A stretch of DNA of 64,000 bases from Vicugna vicugna (taxonomy: Eukaryota), in contig MU058103.1 of NCBI GenBank assembly GCA_013265495.1, positions 1,062,870 to 1,126,869 on the forward strand, read 5' to 3'. The position numbers were made by a program, and so were the translations under genes. Positions 36,300 to 48,973 of the stretch are shown piece by piece (the stretch's first letter is position 1; every line of letters starts with the position of its first letter). The notes beneath the pieces were generated by a model that saw only the letters and a program-made list of their open reading frames with translations, had not been told where the DNA came from and did no database searches.

Positions 36300-39200
36300 A
36301 AGCATACTTTCCACACTTTGTAACTTTTACACTTTTACCAGCAAACTAGAGAAATGTTTCCTGAACATTTGGTGTTGCTTTACTTTAAAAAAAAAAAAAA
36401 AACCTTTCTGAAGGTGTGTAGTGGTATCATGTTTTGGTTTTCATTTGCATTTCCCTAAAGATCGGTGACGTGTCCTTTTTCATGTGTTTATTGGCCACTT
36501 GTATGTCATACTGATCGGGGCAAATGTTTTGCTCATGTTTAACTGCATTGTTTGTTTTTATTTATAACTTAGTGTAGAAATGCTTTATATATTGCAGATA
36601 CAAGTCCTTTGGAAATATGTTCTGTGAATATTTTCTCAGTCTATGAGTTACCTACTGATTTCCTTTATATTGACTTACAACAAACAAAAGCTTTACTTTT
36701 GATAAAGTCTAATATATACATTTATTTTTTAATGGTTAGTGTTTTTATGTCTTAATCTAAAAAAGTGCATATCCCTAGGTCACAGAGATATTCTTCTACT
36801 TATTTTTCTAGAATTTTAGCTTTTATATTTAAGGATATGGTTAATCTAGAATACTTTTTATGTATACAGTGTGGTAAATGTCAAGGTTACCCCCATCCAC
36901 CTTCTGTGGATGCCCAGTTGTTCGAGTACTAGCACCATTTGTTGGAAAGATTTTCCTCACCTCAATGATTTTCTTTGGTGGCTTTGTAGGTGACAATGAA
37001 TCACCTGTAAAAGTTTTGGTTACTTGTGGTCTTTATTTAGTTCCATTGATCGATCTGTATCTCTTTCTGCCAGTCCTTCACTGTCTTAATTACTGTAATG
37101 TTTGAAAGTTTGTATTAGTCCTCTAAAACTTTTTTAATATTAAAAAATATATATATTTCTTGTTTATTCTTGACCCTTTACATATTTATGGAATCCATTG
37201 TTAATTTTTACAACAGTTGTTGCTGGGATTTTGATTGATATTACATAGAGACACAGATAGAGATAGCTCAAATTAGAAGTAAATGTTAGAATGATAATAT
37301 AATCTTAATCATATAATTTATAAATATGATATACTCATGAAATATTTAGGTCTTTAAAAATTTCTCTGAAGAGAACATTGTAGTTTTTGATGGAAAGTTT
37401 TCACATAGTTTGGTAAACTGATTTCTAAATAGTTTTTGATTGATAATACTATTTTAAATGATAATTATATTCAATTTTGCTCCCCATTTGTTACAGGTAT
37501 ACAACCAATTTTTGTCAGTTAAACTAATAGTCTATGATATTGCTAAATTTATATACTACTTTGCATATGGATAGTTTTGGTAGATTTTCTTATCAATTTA
37601 TGTTTACATAGCCATATCATTATGAATATTTAAATTATCTCATGCTTTTATTTTTCTTCCCTTATTTTACTGGCTTGAAACAGCATTATGATTTTAAATA
37701 GAAATGAAGATATGATCTTAAGGGAAAGCATTCATACTGTCACTATTAACGTATAATGTTACCTGTAGGATTGTTATATATGACCATTATCAGGTTGAGG
37801 AATTTTTTTCAAATTCTGATTTGCCAAGAATTTTTATAATGAATAGATGTTGGATTTTGACAGTTCTTTTTCTGTCCACTTCCTTTTTCCTTTCCTTCTG
37901 GGACTCCGTTTAGACGAGTTTAATCAGTTAATATTGTCCCACATTTCACTGATCCTCTGTTAACCTAATTTCAGTGATTTTTTTCCTCTGTATTTTCTGC
38001 TTCAATGTAGAACATTTCTATTGCTATTTCATTGGGCTTTTTCCTGCATTATTAGATTGGCAGTTCATTCCATTCTGTGAGTTTTCCATTCGCAGTACTG
38101 GATGTTTCATTTCTAGAAATATTGAATAATTTTTAATATCTTGCCTTTCTCTCATCATGGTCTAGCTTTCCTCTGCCTTCTTGGACACTAGTATTTAAAA
38201 TAGCTGTGTTAATATCCTCATCTACTAATTCTGTGATCTGGATTTGATATGTTAATAGTTTTCGAAGACTTTTGTCACCTACGTTTATGATGGATATTGT
38301 TCTTTGGATATCCATCTATCTGTCTTTTTCAGATGTTGATATCAGTATAGTATTGGCCTCATAAACTGAGTTGGCAGGTTGTTCCTCCATTTTTTGGAAT
38401 ATTTAAGCAAGCTTGTTGATATTTTTCCCTTAAATGTATGATAAATTTCACCAGTGAAGCTACTGGTCTTGTAGTTTTCTTTCTGGAAAATGGTTTAATT
38501 ATATTTAATTTTTTTTTCTTAATTTGAGGTTGTACTATTTTAGTTTCCCATTTCTTTACATGTCAGTTTTGGTAAGTTGTATCTTTCAAGAATATAACTT
38601 GCCAAAAGAACTGTTTATTTCTTCTAAGATTAAAAAAAATATTGGCATAAATTTGCTAACAATACCTTAATATCTCTTTAATATCTTTGTAAATCCAGTG
38701 GTGAGGTCTCTCTTTCATTCCTGCTATTGGTCATTTGTGTTTTCTCTATTTTTATTGACCACTTTAATTGTTTTTTCCCAATGTATAATTATTTTCCAAA
38801 CATAGTCTTTGATTTTGTTACTTTTCTGTTGTATTTCCATTTTCTGTTTATTGTCATCTGGACATTTATTTTACTTCTTTCGGCTTATTTTGGGTTTAAC
38901 TTGCTGTATTCTTCTGTATTTTCCATAAAAGTTTATTTCTTTGGTTTGAGACCTTTCTTTGTTTTTAGCAGAAGCAGTTTTTCAAATAAAGCTTGTTCAG
39001 CTGGATCCCACAAATTCTGATAGGTTAAGTTTCATTTTCTTTTGATTAATGTTAGCATAATATATCTTTCTCCATCCCCTTCCTTTTAAACAGTTTGTCT
39101 TTCCATTTGTTTCATTTGTTCTTTATTATTTCTTCTTGTGTTTTAAAAAGTTATTTGAGTAAATTGTTATGCTATTTATTTATCATCTTGGTTTTTAAAT

Positions 39201-41160
39201 ATGCTTCTATATATTTATGTATCTAATGGTTGTTCTAGATTTTACAATATGCATCTTTAACGTATTATAATTGACCATGTATTAGTATTATACCATTTCT
39301 GTATAACATAGGAAACTTTTAACAGCCTACTTCAGTTTACTCCTTTCTTATCCTTTGTTGTATTGATATCATACTTAGTTCTATGTATGTTTTAAGCCCC
39401 ACAATACATTGTTATTTCTGCCCTAAGTAGTCATTTTTAAATAAGAAAAAATGTACATATGTATGTATACATATGTATATAATGTATATATACATGAATA
39501 TATGTGTGTATGTGTGTATGTATGTGTATATATATCCTTCCATTTAAGCATCTCTTTTGGTCATCTTCATTGAGTTTCCACCTGGTATTGTTTTTCTTCG
39601 GTCTCAAGAACTTTCTTTAACATTCCTTATAGAGCAGATCTGTGAATTCTCCAGCTTTTGTTGGTCTGAAAAACTTCTTAAAGTTTTGTTCATTTTGTAA
39701 GGATTTTTTGTTGATCATATGATTATACATTGATTTTCTTTTTTTCTCTTTCAGCACTTAAGAACTTGTTTCATAATTTTCTGGCTTGTACTGTTACTTA
39801 CGAGAAGTCAGGGTAATTTCTTATTGTTGTTTATGAATATGTGATATGTTTCTTCTCACTTGGCCATTGATTTTCAGCAATTTGTTTTTGAGATCTGGTG
39901 CATAAAGAGTTGGCAAGCTTCTTCAATCTGTTAATATTTTTCATCAGATTAGATTGAAAAATAGAATTTTATTATTTCTTTAGCTTTTTTTCTGCCTTGC
40001 GCTCTCTTATGGTACTCCCATTACAAATTTTGACTGCTGTGTATTTTCAAACAGATGACTGAGAATCTATGTCCCCACCCCCAACCCAGCATTTTATTCT
40101 TTATTCTTCAATTATAGAATTTTTATCACCATATTTTCAAGTTTATCTATAATTTTTTTGAAGTGTCCAGTCTAATGTTAGGCCCATACTGTGGATTTTT
40201 TTTTAATTTCAGATATTATAGTTTCTTTTGGCTCTTTTTAAAATAGTTTTCATTTCTCTACTGATATTCTTCCATTCACTGTTTTGAAGTTCTTTTTTGC
40301 TACTTTTAAAATTGCTGGGTATGTATATATTTACTCCTTTTTTAAAAATACAGGTAATATTTTCCTGCTTTTTCACATGGCTAACAATTTGTTATTTTAT
40401 TTGGCCGTGTTAGATATTACATTTATGAGATGCTAAATTTTGCTCTTTTCCTTTAGACATTTTAAAATTTTATCTGGAGAATAGGCTTGATACATTCAAA
40501 ATCTGTTTTTCAACTTTGTGAAGATGGTTTTAATGTAGTCCTTATTCTATGACTAGAGTCGTTCTGGTCCTGAAGTGTGGCCTTTCTGAGGGGGCCTCAG
40601 TTCAATATGCAGCTTATTCAGCAAGGTCATTCCTCCCTGGCTGTTCAGAGTGCCTGTGTCCCTCCGTGTTACATGATCTTGGGCATTTCACTTAGCTCAC
40701 CGCTTCCCACTGTTCTCATCTTGGCCTTGAAGCATCTTGCTCCACACATATTCAGTCAAAGACGTAAGGGCACCCCATCCTTAATTTTAGTGCTGCTCCT
40801 CCGTGTCTCTCCCTTTACTCTGGTCCCCTGTCTTGCAAATTCCAGCCGCCTCAGTAGCTCCAAAGTCCAGTCGTTGCTTCCTCACTCGGCAAGACCACAT
40901 TCTGTGCCTGACTCCACCACCATGCACCATGCACCATGCACCATGCACCATGCTGACGAACGTGTCTCCAGCAAGAATGTTGGGACAACTCAGTGTCTTG
41001 TCTCAGGTCTTCCTTTTTTCTGAGAACACGCGGCCCTGAATTGCCTGTAGTCTAATGGTTGAAAAGAGGATTCTTGACATAGAATTTCCAGTTTTATAGT
41101 CACGTGTGGTGAGGTGGCTGGCCTAGTATCAATTTCTCTGTCATGACTAGGAAGAGAAGA
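36300..41160 (-). mobile_element. Old, fragmented L1M-type LINE mosaic
   Basis: tttgcatttccctaa, ttgctgggattttgattg, tcaggttgaggaa, ttggcctcataaactgagttgg, ttctggcttg; T-rich antisense L1 throughout. Confidence 0.8.
40918..40952. repeat. (CACCATG)5 heptamer tandem repeat
   Basis: five perfect copies, direct read. Confidence 0.95.
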
Positions 41161-41259
41161 TACTTAGGGACCTTTTGAAATATACTGATGCACAGTCCCA
41201 GCTCACTTCTCCTTGACTGCAATTTCTTTGACTTTTGAAAGCCCACAGTTCTTATCTGT

Positions 41260-42090
41260 TTAGATTCATTATTTTAAAAATTGAGCAGAGTTGCTACATA
41301 ATTCCATTTCCCATTTTAGAAAGATGGGAGGGCAGTTTGCGGGTGAAGGTAGGAAGACCGGATAGTATTTATTTGCAATAGTCATTTGATAAGTGATGAG
41401 AACTTGAATTAAGAAAGTAAAAATGATATTGCAAGACATGAACAGATATTAGGAATATTGAGGAGATCACCATATGTGTTTACAGATTGGACACAATAGA
41501 AAAGAGAGGGGGAGGTTTCTAAGACAAGAGTTAGTTTTCCAGCTTCAGAATGCAGTTGATAATAATACCATTAAAGAAGAAGGAAAGTTGGTAAATGGAA
41601 TAATGACGTCACTTAGACGTGTATTTCATTTTGCAAAGACCTGAAAACCTGTGATAAGGACCTGGATTAAAACCTGAATTAAGACAATAAAAAAAAATGG
41701 AAACTGGAAAAAGATAATAAACATAAGATACATTTATCAGATACCACTAACAACATTTGTGTCCTATAAAGCGTAGGTAGGAGAGAGAATTCAAGTCTTA
41801 CTAAGAAATTTCTAGTTTGGATAGAATTGCAGTAATTGTGATTGAGAATATGGATGAATGTGCAAATTTAGAGGTGGGAGGAGGGGAGAGATCAGGGTAG
41901 GTGATGAGCTATAAACTGCACATTGTGGTTTTGAGGACATACAGGTGAAATGCCTATTTAGTGGTCAAATATGTAGGCGTTGTACTGAGAAGAAAGGTAT
42001 AGTTTAGAAATGGGTACTGGAAGTTCAAGCTACAATAGATGAGGTATCTCCAAAGAGACAGTAAAGTGAGAGGAGAAGGGAGACTTAGGA
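41260..42090 (-). mobile_element. L2 fragments
   Basis: purine-rich antisense L2 motifs (attgcaatagtc...gtgatgagaacttgaa; caggtgaaatgcc). Confidence 0.5.
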
Positions 42091-43119
42091 AGGTCAAGTG
42101 GAGAAAACAAAAGCATACAGACTATTTTAAATGTGGTCTGCCACATTCTCTTACTGATACAGGAAATGTTTATGTTCCCAAACCATTTATTAAAGTACTC
42201 AGGACAGAGTGGCTAAGACTTTGTGTGAAGATTATCTTTGAAAACATATACTGTTTGTCACTGCAGTAGGGTTTTCCCTCTATGATCATCAAAAATCAAA
42301 ATCTACAACTACTCTGATAATATTATTGGTGAAAATGGCAAGGTCATTATCTCTTAAATCATCATCTAAATTTGAGAATATAGAGTATACATTAATGTTA
42401 ATTTTATTGACTTTTTTGGTGCTTGTCTAACTGCTTATACTTTGCACAATACACAAAAACAGTTAATGATTAGTCCAAATGGTGAACAGATTGCAATACA
42501 AAAAAAAAAAAAGACGTGTTTGGAAAAAAAATCTAAATACTATGTGTATTATATGTGATTAGCTTTTTTTCCAGTGTTGTTATTCTATGTCATTGCAGTC
42601 GATGTAATTTCATCTTGTGAATACGTTACAACATGTGTTTTGCCCAGATGAAGAGTAATCACAACAAGTAATTTGAACTTGTCATTTAGTATCATTACTA
42701 TTAAATGGCAGGAGAATATTTCGTTAAGTCTTTATGACTTGGATATGCATTTTTGTAACAATTCCAGAAAGTTAGCAGAGATAGCAGATGTCTGACAGAA
42801 ATCTTTCTGAAAGACTGTTTTTGTGGTTAAAAGAAAAAAAAAATTAACCCATAATGAACTTTTTGCCTGACTGCTCTGCTGTGGACTTTTATTCTAAATG
42901 CAGAATCACGGGAAAGCACGTCCCCCACTTCCCTGCACACACATATAGACATACACATACTTTATAAGTAAAAGACAATCAGAATATATAATTATTTCTG
43001 TACTTCTTTTGTGTTTGGGGAAAAAAAAAAACTAAGTCTCCAGGTCTCTTTTGCAATGTGCTTAGTTCTTCAAACCCTGTTAGCTCCCTTGTCTCTCTGC
43101 CCTGGGTCCATTCCATTTC

Positions 43120-43960
43120 CTGTGCTTGCAGCGCCTCTTACCCACTTCCCCTCCCTTGTCCCAGGCTCACTGTCTCAACTGTTGTCAAGATTCCCTTGCA
43201 GTGCGCTTACCTTGGGCTGATGTAGGTGCCCCTCCCGCGTGCCTCTGATCTGACTGGACTGCCTTAGGACACTGTGTGCAGGACATTTGAGCAAGCTCTT
43301 CTTAGATCCTGCTGTGTCGGTTACCTCACGACTGCCATCTCCCTGAGATCACGGACGTTGTCTTACTCATCTGTATCTAACCATAGTATCTTGCACTATG
43401 TCTAGAACATTTTAGGCATTCAGCCCTACCACCCCACCTTCACTCCTGACCTGGCACAATTCATCTTTTTATTAATCAGTAAAACCAGAACTCTGTCTTT
43501 GGTAGGAGTAGGGTGAAGAGTAAGCATGGGATGAGCTCTGTCCTAGGCACCACAGAGGATTACAAATCCTGTGATAAATCCTTTTGTAACTAAGACAGAA
43601 TAAAATAATTCTTCCACACGTGTGTAAGTAGAGTCACCAAATAAAAGAAGAAAAGCGGAGTGGTAAATTCTCATGAAAGTCTTCATGGGCAGTATGTCAT
43701 TTTTTCTTTTCTCTAAAAGTACATATGATTTTGCTAGGCAGAGAAGGGGTCGTGGCAAATATTGAGCAAAGGCAGGGAGACAGGAGGACACAGTGAGTTG
43801 CCGGGTCGAGGATGGTTCTCTGGGACAACCACAGAACTGGAGAGAAGTGAGTGATGGCAGGACGCCATCACTGTGGAGATGGGCAATCAGTGCAGTCAGA
43901 CACAAATCAGAAAGAATTATTAAAATCGCTGTAAGGATGTGTGGGGCCATTGTGAAAACA
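43120..43960. mobile_element. L2 fragments (+ 43120-43420; - 43690-43960)
   Basis: tgtcttactcatctgtatct...tctagaacattttaggcattca; gcaaaggcagggagacagga. Confidence 0.5.
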
Positions 43961-44555
43961 TGAACGTAATGTGTGCATTTATAAATTGTCATTTATTGTG
44001 AATATTTACAGTCAGTTTGTCAGATACAAGGTAGAAATATTAGGTGAACCAGCCTGCAGTAATTTGAAACTCTAATATCAAGGGGTTGATTTTTTTGTTA
44101 AAACAAAATGTGTGGAGAAAGGACACTATAAGAAACCTTAGAGAAAATATACACCTATCACTGATAATTTTGTGAATAATAAATACTTTAAAATCAAAAT
44201 GCCACTGTGTTGGTCTTGATAAATTGAATATTCATCTACCATGCTCTTCCTTTTTGTGCATCTTCCTTAATTTTCTGTTTCTATCATTGTACTCTTTGGC
44301 TACATGGCTATTTTCGGTAATGTCAGATTGATAGTGAATGTTTCTATCAGAAACTAGGAGGAAGAAACCTAACTATTACTAATTAACAACAATCATAACG
44401 TACTAGTGTCTGTTCTATTATCTAGTAGAAGTGTTATAGGAATACACCCATTGCCTGGAAACTTGATTTTATTCAATGAATCAATCATAACGAAGCATTA
44501 ATTTACATGAGGGGCACGTATCAGCACCTTTAACCAGTATCTATGATCATAATTA

Positions 44556-44962
44556 ATGTGTATTCTAGTCCTAGCCCTCAGTACCTGTGAATATGACCTT
44601 TGAAAATAGGCCTTTGAAGACATAATCTAGTTAAGATGAGGTGGTCCTGGATTAGAGTGGGCCCTAAATCCATTAACTGGTATCCTTATAAGAAGGCCCC
44701 GTAAAGGCACAGAGACACATAGGGGAGAGGATCACGTGGCAAAGGCAGAGCTTGGAAGAACAAGTCAAGGAATGCTAAGGGTTTCCGGCAGCCATGCAGA
44801 GGCAAGGAAAGATGCTGCCCGCGAGCCTTCCGAGGGAGCACGGCCTCTCCACAGTATGCGTTTGGGACCTCTAGCTTCCAGAACGCTGAGGACTGTACTT
44901 CTGTTACTGTAAACCACCCAGCTGGTAGTCATTTGTGATAGCGGCCCTGGGAAACTAAAACA
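44556..44962 (+). mobile_element. MaLR solo LTR (MLT1B/C-like)
   Basis: agtacctgtgaatatgacctt...gttaagatgagg...gggccctaaatcca...ccttataagaag...gcttccagaac...aaaccacccag...gggaaactaaaaca. Confidence 0.85.
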
Positions 44963-45379
44963 GTATGATAACACAGCAGTCTCTGCACTCACCGGAAACT
45001 GAGAAGTGATATTCCAGGAGCAGCCCTAGACAATGCATCCATCTCGGTTTCTTTTAGGAGAGGAAAAACTAAAGAGTTGGCATACCATGCCAGGCAGGAG
45101 TACGGACTTTGATGTCTGTTAATGATTGCCCATCCCAGCTCTAATCTGCTATGTGACATTAAGCAAAGCATTTACTCCTCTCACCTCCCTTTTCCCATCT
45201 GTAGAATGGTACCAGTAGGCCCCTTTCTATGGCTTAGGGAGCTTAAGTACTTTAACATGAAACAACTTGTACTGTCCACAATCCAGACTTGAGTCTTGGT
45301 CTTTATGACTCTAAGGCGTCTGTTTTATTCCACAAGGAAATAGATGCATAATAACCTGCCTGCTCAAAAGATCTGTGAA

Positions 45380-46500
45380 AACTCTTGAGGAAGGTAAATT
45401 GTTCTGATAGGGGAAATCAGTGGACCTTTTTCAAAAAAGGTAGACCTCGAGTTGCTACTTAGAGCCCAAGTAGAATTTTGATTGATGAAAATGTCAGGAA
45501 CCAGACAGGCAGGTCGGGACTCTGGAAGCCTGTTAAATTGGGAGTCAAAACTACCAAAGATACCAAAGCCCCAGAGTGAGTGGCTTGTTTTAGATGAACA
45601 GCAAATAGACCCATGGAATTAAATAAATGCAGAAAATGAGGCCAGAGAAGTAAGTCAGGCCAGTTCTGCTGGGCCTAATTACTTGCTGAGTCTTATAATG
45701 TATTCTTGTTAGTGCGACATCATGGAAGGTTTTTAAGCAAGAGAGTGGCAGAACATTTGAATTCCGTCAACATAATAATAATTCCAATTTAGTCAGTTCA
45801 AAGTAGAAACAGTTTATAATCATCCCAGTAATATATAGTGCAATTACATATAACACGTAATGCTTGCATATCACTGGTATTCCAGTCATAGCTATATCTG
45901 CACTTATATTTATACCTGCAAGGATATATACCAAAATTACAACAATGACTGTTTTTGGTAAAAGATATATGGGTAAGTTTACTTTTACTTTTGTACTTTT
46001 CCCCCTGTATGTTTCCATAGTTTTCAGTAATGAATTGCTCTTTATGGTGGTAACATGGAAAGTCAAGTTATGGGGGAAAAAAAAGACTGGAAAGGAGAAG
46101 CTAGCAATAATCTAACACAGAAAAAATTAGACCCTGTGCAGGAGACAAGCGTGAGATATATTGACATATATAGTGAGATAGAATTGACAGAATTTGGCAG
46201 GGATTCCCTGGGGAGAGATGTTAGAGAGATGGAACTGAAGGTGACCCCCAGAATTCTATCCAAGGTAACAGGAAGGGTGGAGTTTCCATTCAATGAAGGA
46301 GATATCCCAAGGGAACCAGATTTGAGCAGGAGGTCAAGAGGGGTATAGATAATGAGCTTAGTTTTAGACACGCAGAATTGGTGGTGACAGCTAGACTGCC
46401 ATGATTTTGAGAAGTCGCTAGGGTTGTTCCTGAGGACTGAAATGTAGAGATAGAAGAGGGTAAAAGAAATGGTAAAGTATTTCCAGGGGAGCTTGAAAAA
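45380..46500 (-). mobile_element. L2 fragments interrupted by an L1ME-like 3' end (about 45770-46060, +)
   Basis: atggaaggtttttaagcaagagagtggca; gagcttagttttagacac; aaggatatataccaaaatt. Confidence 0.55.
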
Positions 46501-47698
46501 GCCAAATGATGATGAGTATAATCGTCTGCCTTGTAATAAAACCTCAGAAGCCTTCTGATGTAGGTAGATTCACATGAATCGTTTTACTAAGAGATATAAA
46601 GTGATGCACTCTTAGAAGATGGATATAATTCACAAATTATAGTTAATGTGCTGTGGGATTATTAGGCGTTCAAATATAACTAAAAATGCAGTAAACTCAA
46701 CCACCTCATAATAAGGAGCTGACAAGCGACACAGAAAGTCTGCTTGAAAAAATACATCCCTGCTGCTTGTCACGGTGTCGTCCCAGATGAGGTACATAAA
46801 TAAACATGTCACTCACAGTGTTTTCACTTCCTCCCACAAGACTGCCAGCAAAGTAGGGTAAGAGAACAAAATCACAGGCCTGGCTTACAGAATCAAACAA
46901 ATAATAGTAACGAAAAAGAAAGCTCTCTTGGTCTCAGGCTTAGGCTGCCTGTAGGTTGTGAAGGAAGGGTGTATACAAGAGCTCCGTGGCACATCTAGAA
47001 GCCTGCAAAAAGGATTGCGCCGCTAGTGGGATCTCCATCAGAGTCTAGTAATCACATCGCTAATTTTGGCAGCATCTTGAACACAATATTGAGGGAAAAA
47101 AATATTGCCAAATTGACATGTCAGCAACAGAGACTAATACTCTGGATCTTCTCTGTTACTGTATTTCAACCTATAATTTTATTATCTGCATTGTTACTTT
47201 ATTGTGTGACCTTCTCTGCCAGATGAGTGAGCAGAAACCATGATGCAGATGAATGAGAGTTAGAGCCATGTGGCTGAAGTCAAATTGTTCATGTTTTTGA
47301 GCCTCAGCTTCATCATCTTAATTGGAATTATGATAGTAATGTACAGCTGATTGGGAGAGCTGACTGGAATAGAGTATTCAGAGTCTAGAATATCCTAGTA
47401 AAAAAGTGGAATAATTGAAAAAAATGTATATATTTATTTCCTGGTTCTCCCTTCTGAAAGGCAACTGAATCTGTAAAAGATGTTAAAACTAAAAAGAAGC
47501 ACAAATCTACAAAGGTAAAAAGAGTATAAGGAAAGAAAAAATGGAAGCTGGAAAACAGAAGATGAGTAGAAACTGATTTAGCTGACGTGAAAGAACTGAA
47601 GTCTAAGTCATCAGTGGAAGAATTGAAAAGCAACCTTGTTTGTACTGGAGATCGCAAGTCACTCAACAATTTTAAGCAAGAGGGGCCTCTTTAAAATG

Positions 47699-48258
47699 TT
47701 TTTTTCTGTTGAAATAGTGCTGATTTACAATGTTGTGTTATTTTCTGGTGTACAGCATAGTGATTTAGTTATATATATACTCTTTTTCATATTCTTTTTC
47801 ATTATATGTTATTATAAGTTATTGAATATAGTTCCCTGTGCTACACAGTAGGACCTTGTTTAACTATTCTGTATGTAGTAGTTTGTATCTGCTACTCCCA
47901 AACTCCCAATTTATCCCTGCACTCACCTTCCCCCTTTGGTAACCGTAAGTTTGTTTTCTGTCTCTGTGAGTGTCTTTCTGTTTTGTACTTAAGTTTATTT
48001 GTATCATATTTTTAGATTCCACATATAGGTGATACAGATGATATTTGTCTTTCTCTAACTTACTTCACTTAGTAGGATCATCTGTAGGCCCATCCATGTT
48101 GCTGTAAATGGTATTATTTCATCATTTTTTATGACTGAGTAGAAATATATATGTGTGTGTACACACACACACACACATACACACCCCACATCTTTATCCA
48201 ATCATCTGTCAATAGATATCTTGGCTGTTGTGGCTAATGCTGCTATGAACATTGAGGT
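47699..48258 (-). mobile_element. 5'-truncated L1 3' end with degenerate TSD
   Basis: ttgaaatagtgctgatttacaatgttgtg...tgctgctatgaacattg; flanks gcaagaggggcctctttaaaatg (47676) and gcaagagggacccattaaagtg (48259). Confidence 0.9.
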
Positions 48259-48810
48259 GCAAGAGGGACCCATTAAAGTGAGAGTAGGGGGTGATGGGGA
48301 GAATGGGATCAGTTGAAAGCCTCTTTAAGAAGTGGCGAGTTCCCCATATCTTGTCCTTCAGGCCATGTGACTGAACAACACTGCTTCTTTTTTTCCCCTT
48401 CCTATCAAAACAGAAGATGAGATAATTCATTTAGAGTGGGTAAAATAATGTGTATCTGCACTTGGGGATGTTGATTCTACATTGAAAATAAGGAAAGTAA
48501 GTGAAAATTTGCATAACAAAATAGTCAAAATCCAGCATCCCTCCTCTATTTGAGTCAGAATCCTGACAGCTAGCATATACTTCCAGATTGGTTGTTGGAA
48601 TTTTTCTCAGGTGAAATGTACTAAATCAAGAGAAACATCTCAAGATACTCATGTCCAGTCTCTAAACACATGAGAAAAATGTTCTGATATGGAAGACAAA
48701 CTAAAACAAACAAAAATAATCTAATTGGAGGAAAGAGGCTACGTAGGAAAATTAAAAGTTTAAAACAATCTATCATTTCTACTTCTTATGGATGTAAGAC
48801 ACAATATAGG

Positions 48811-48973
48811 CTGCCCTGTCTAGCATAGTAGCCTTCGCCACAAATGGCTATTTAAGTTTCAATTAAGAAAAAATAAATAAAATTAAACATTTTGTGGCTA
48901 GTGTCTACTATATTGAATAGCACATATTGTAGAACATCTCCTTCATGGCAAAAAGTTCTATGGGAAATGCTGA
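48811..48973 (-). mobile_element. MER3-type hAT-Charlie MITE with internal deletion
   Basis: tagtagcc...atggctatttaa...tgtggctagtg...tagaacat...aaagttctatggga. Confidence 0.75.

Noticed and set aside
46506..46560. Second ATGATGA...CTGA pair
   Set aside because: Too short for a C/D snoRNA and no terminal stem.
47016..47030. CTCF-like gcgccgctagtgg
   Set aside because: Spacing is one base short of the consensus.
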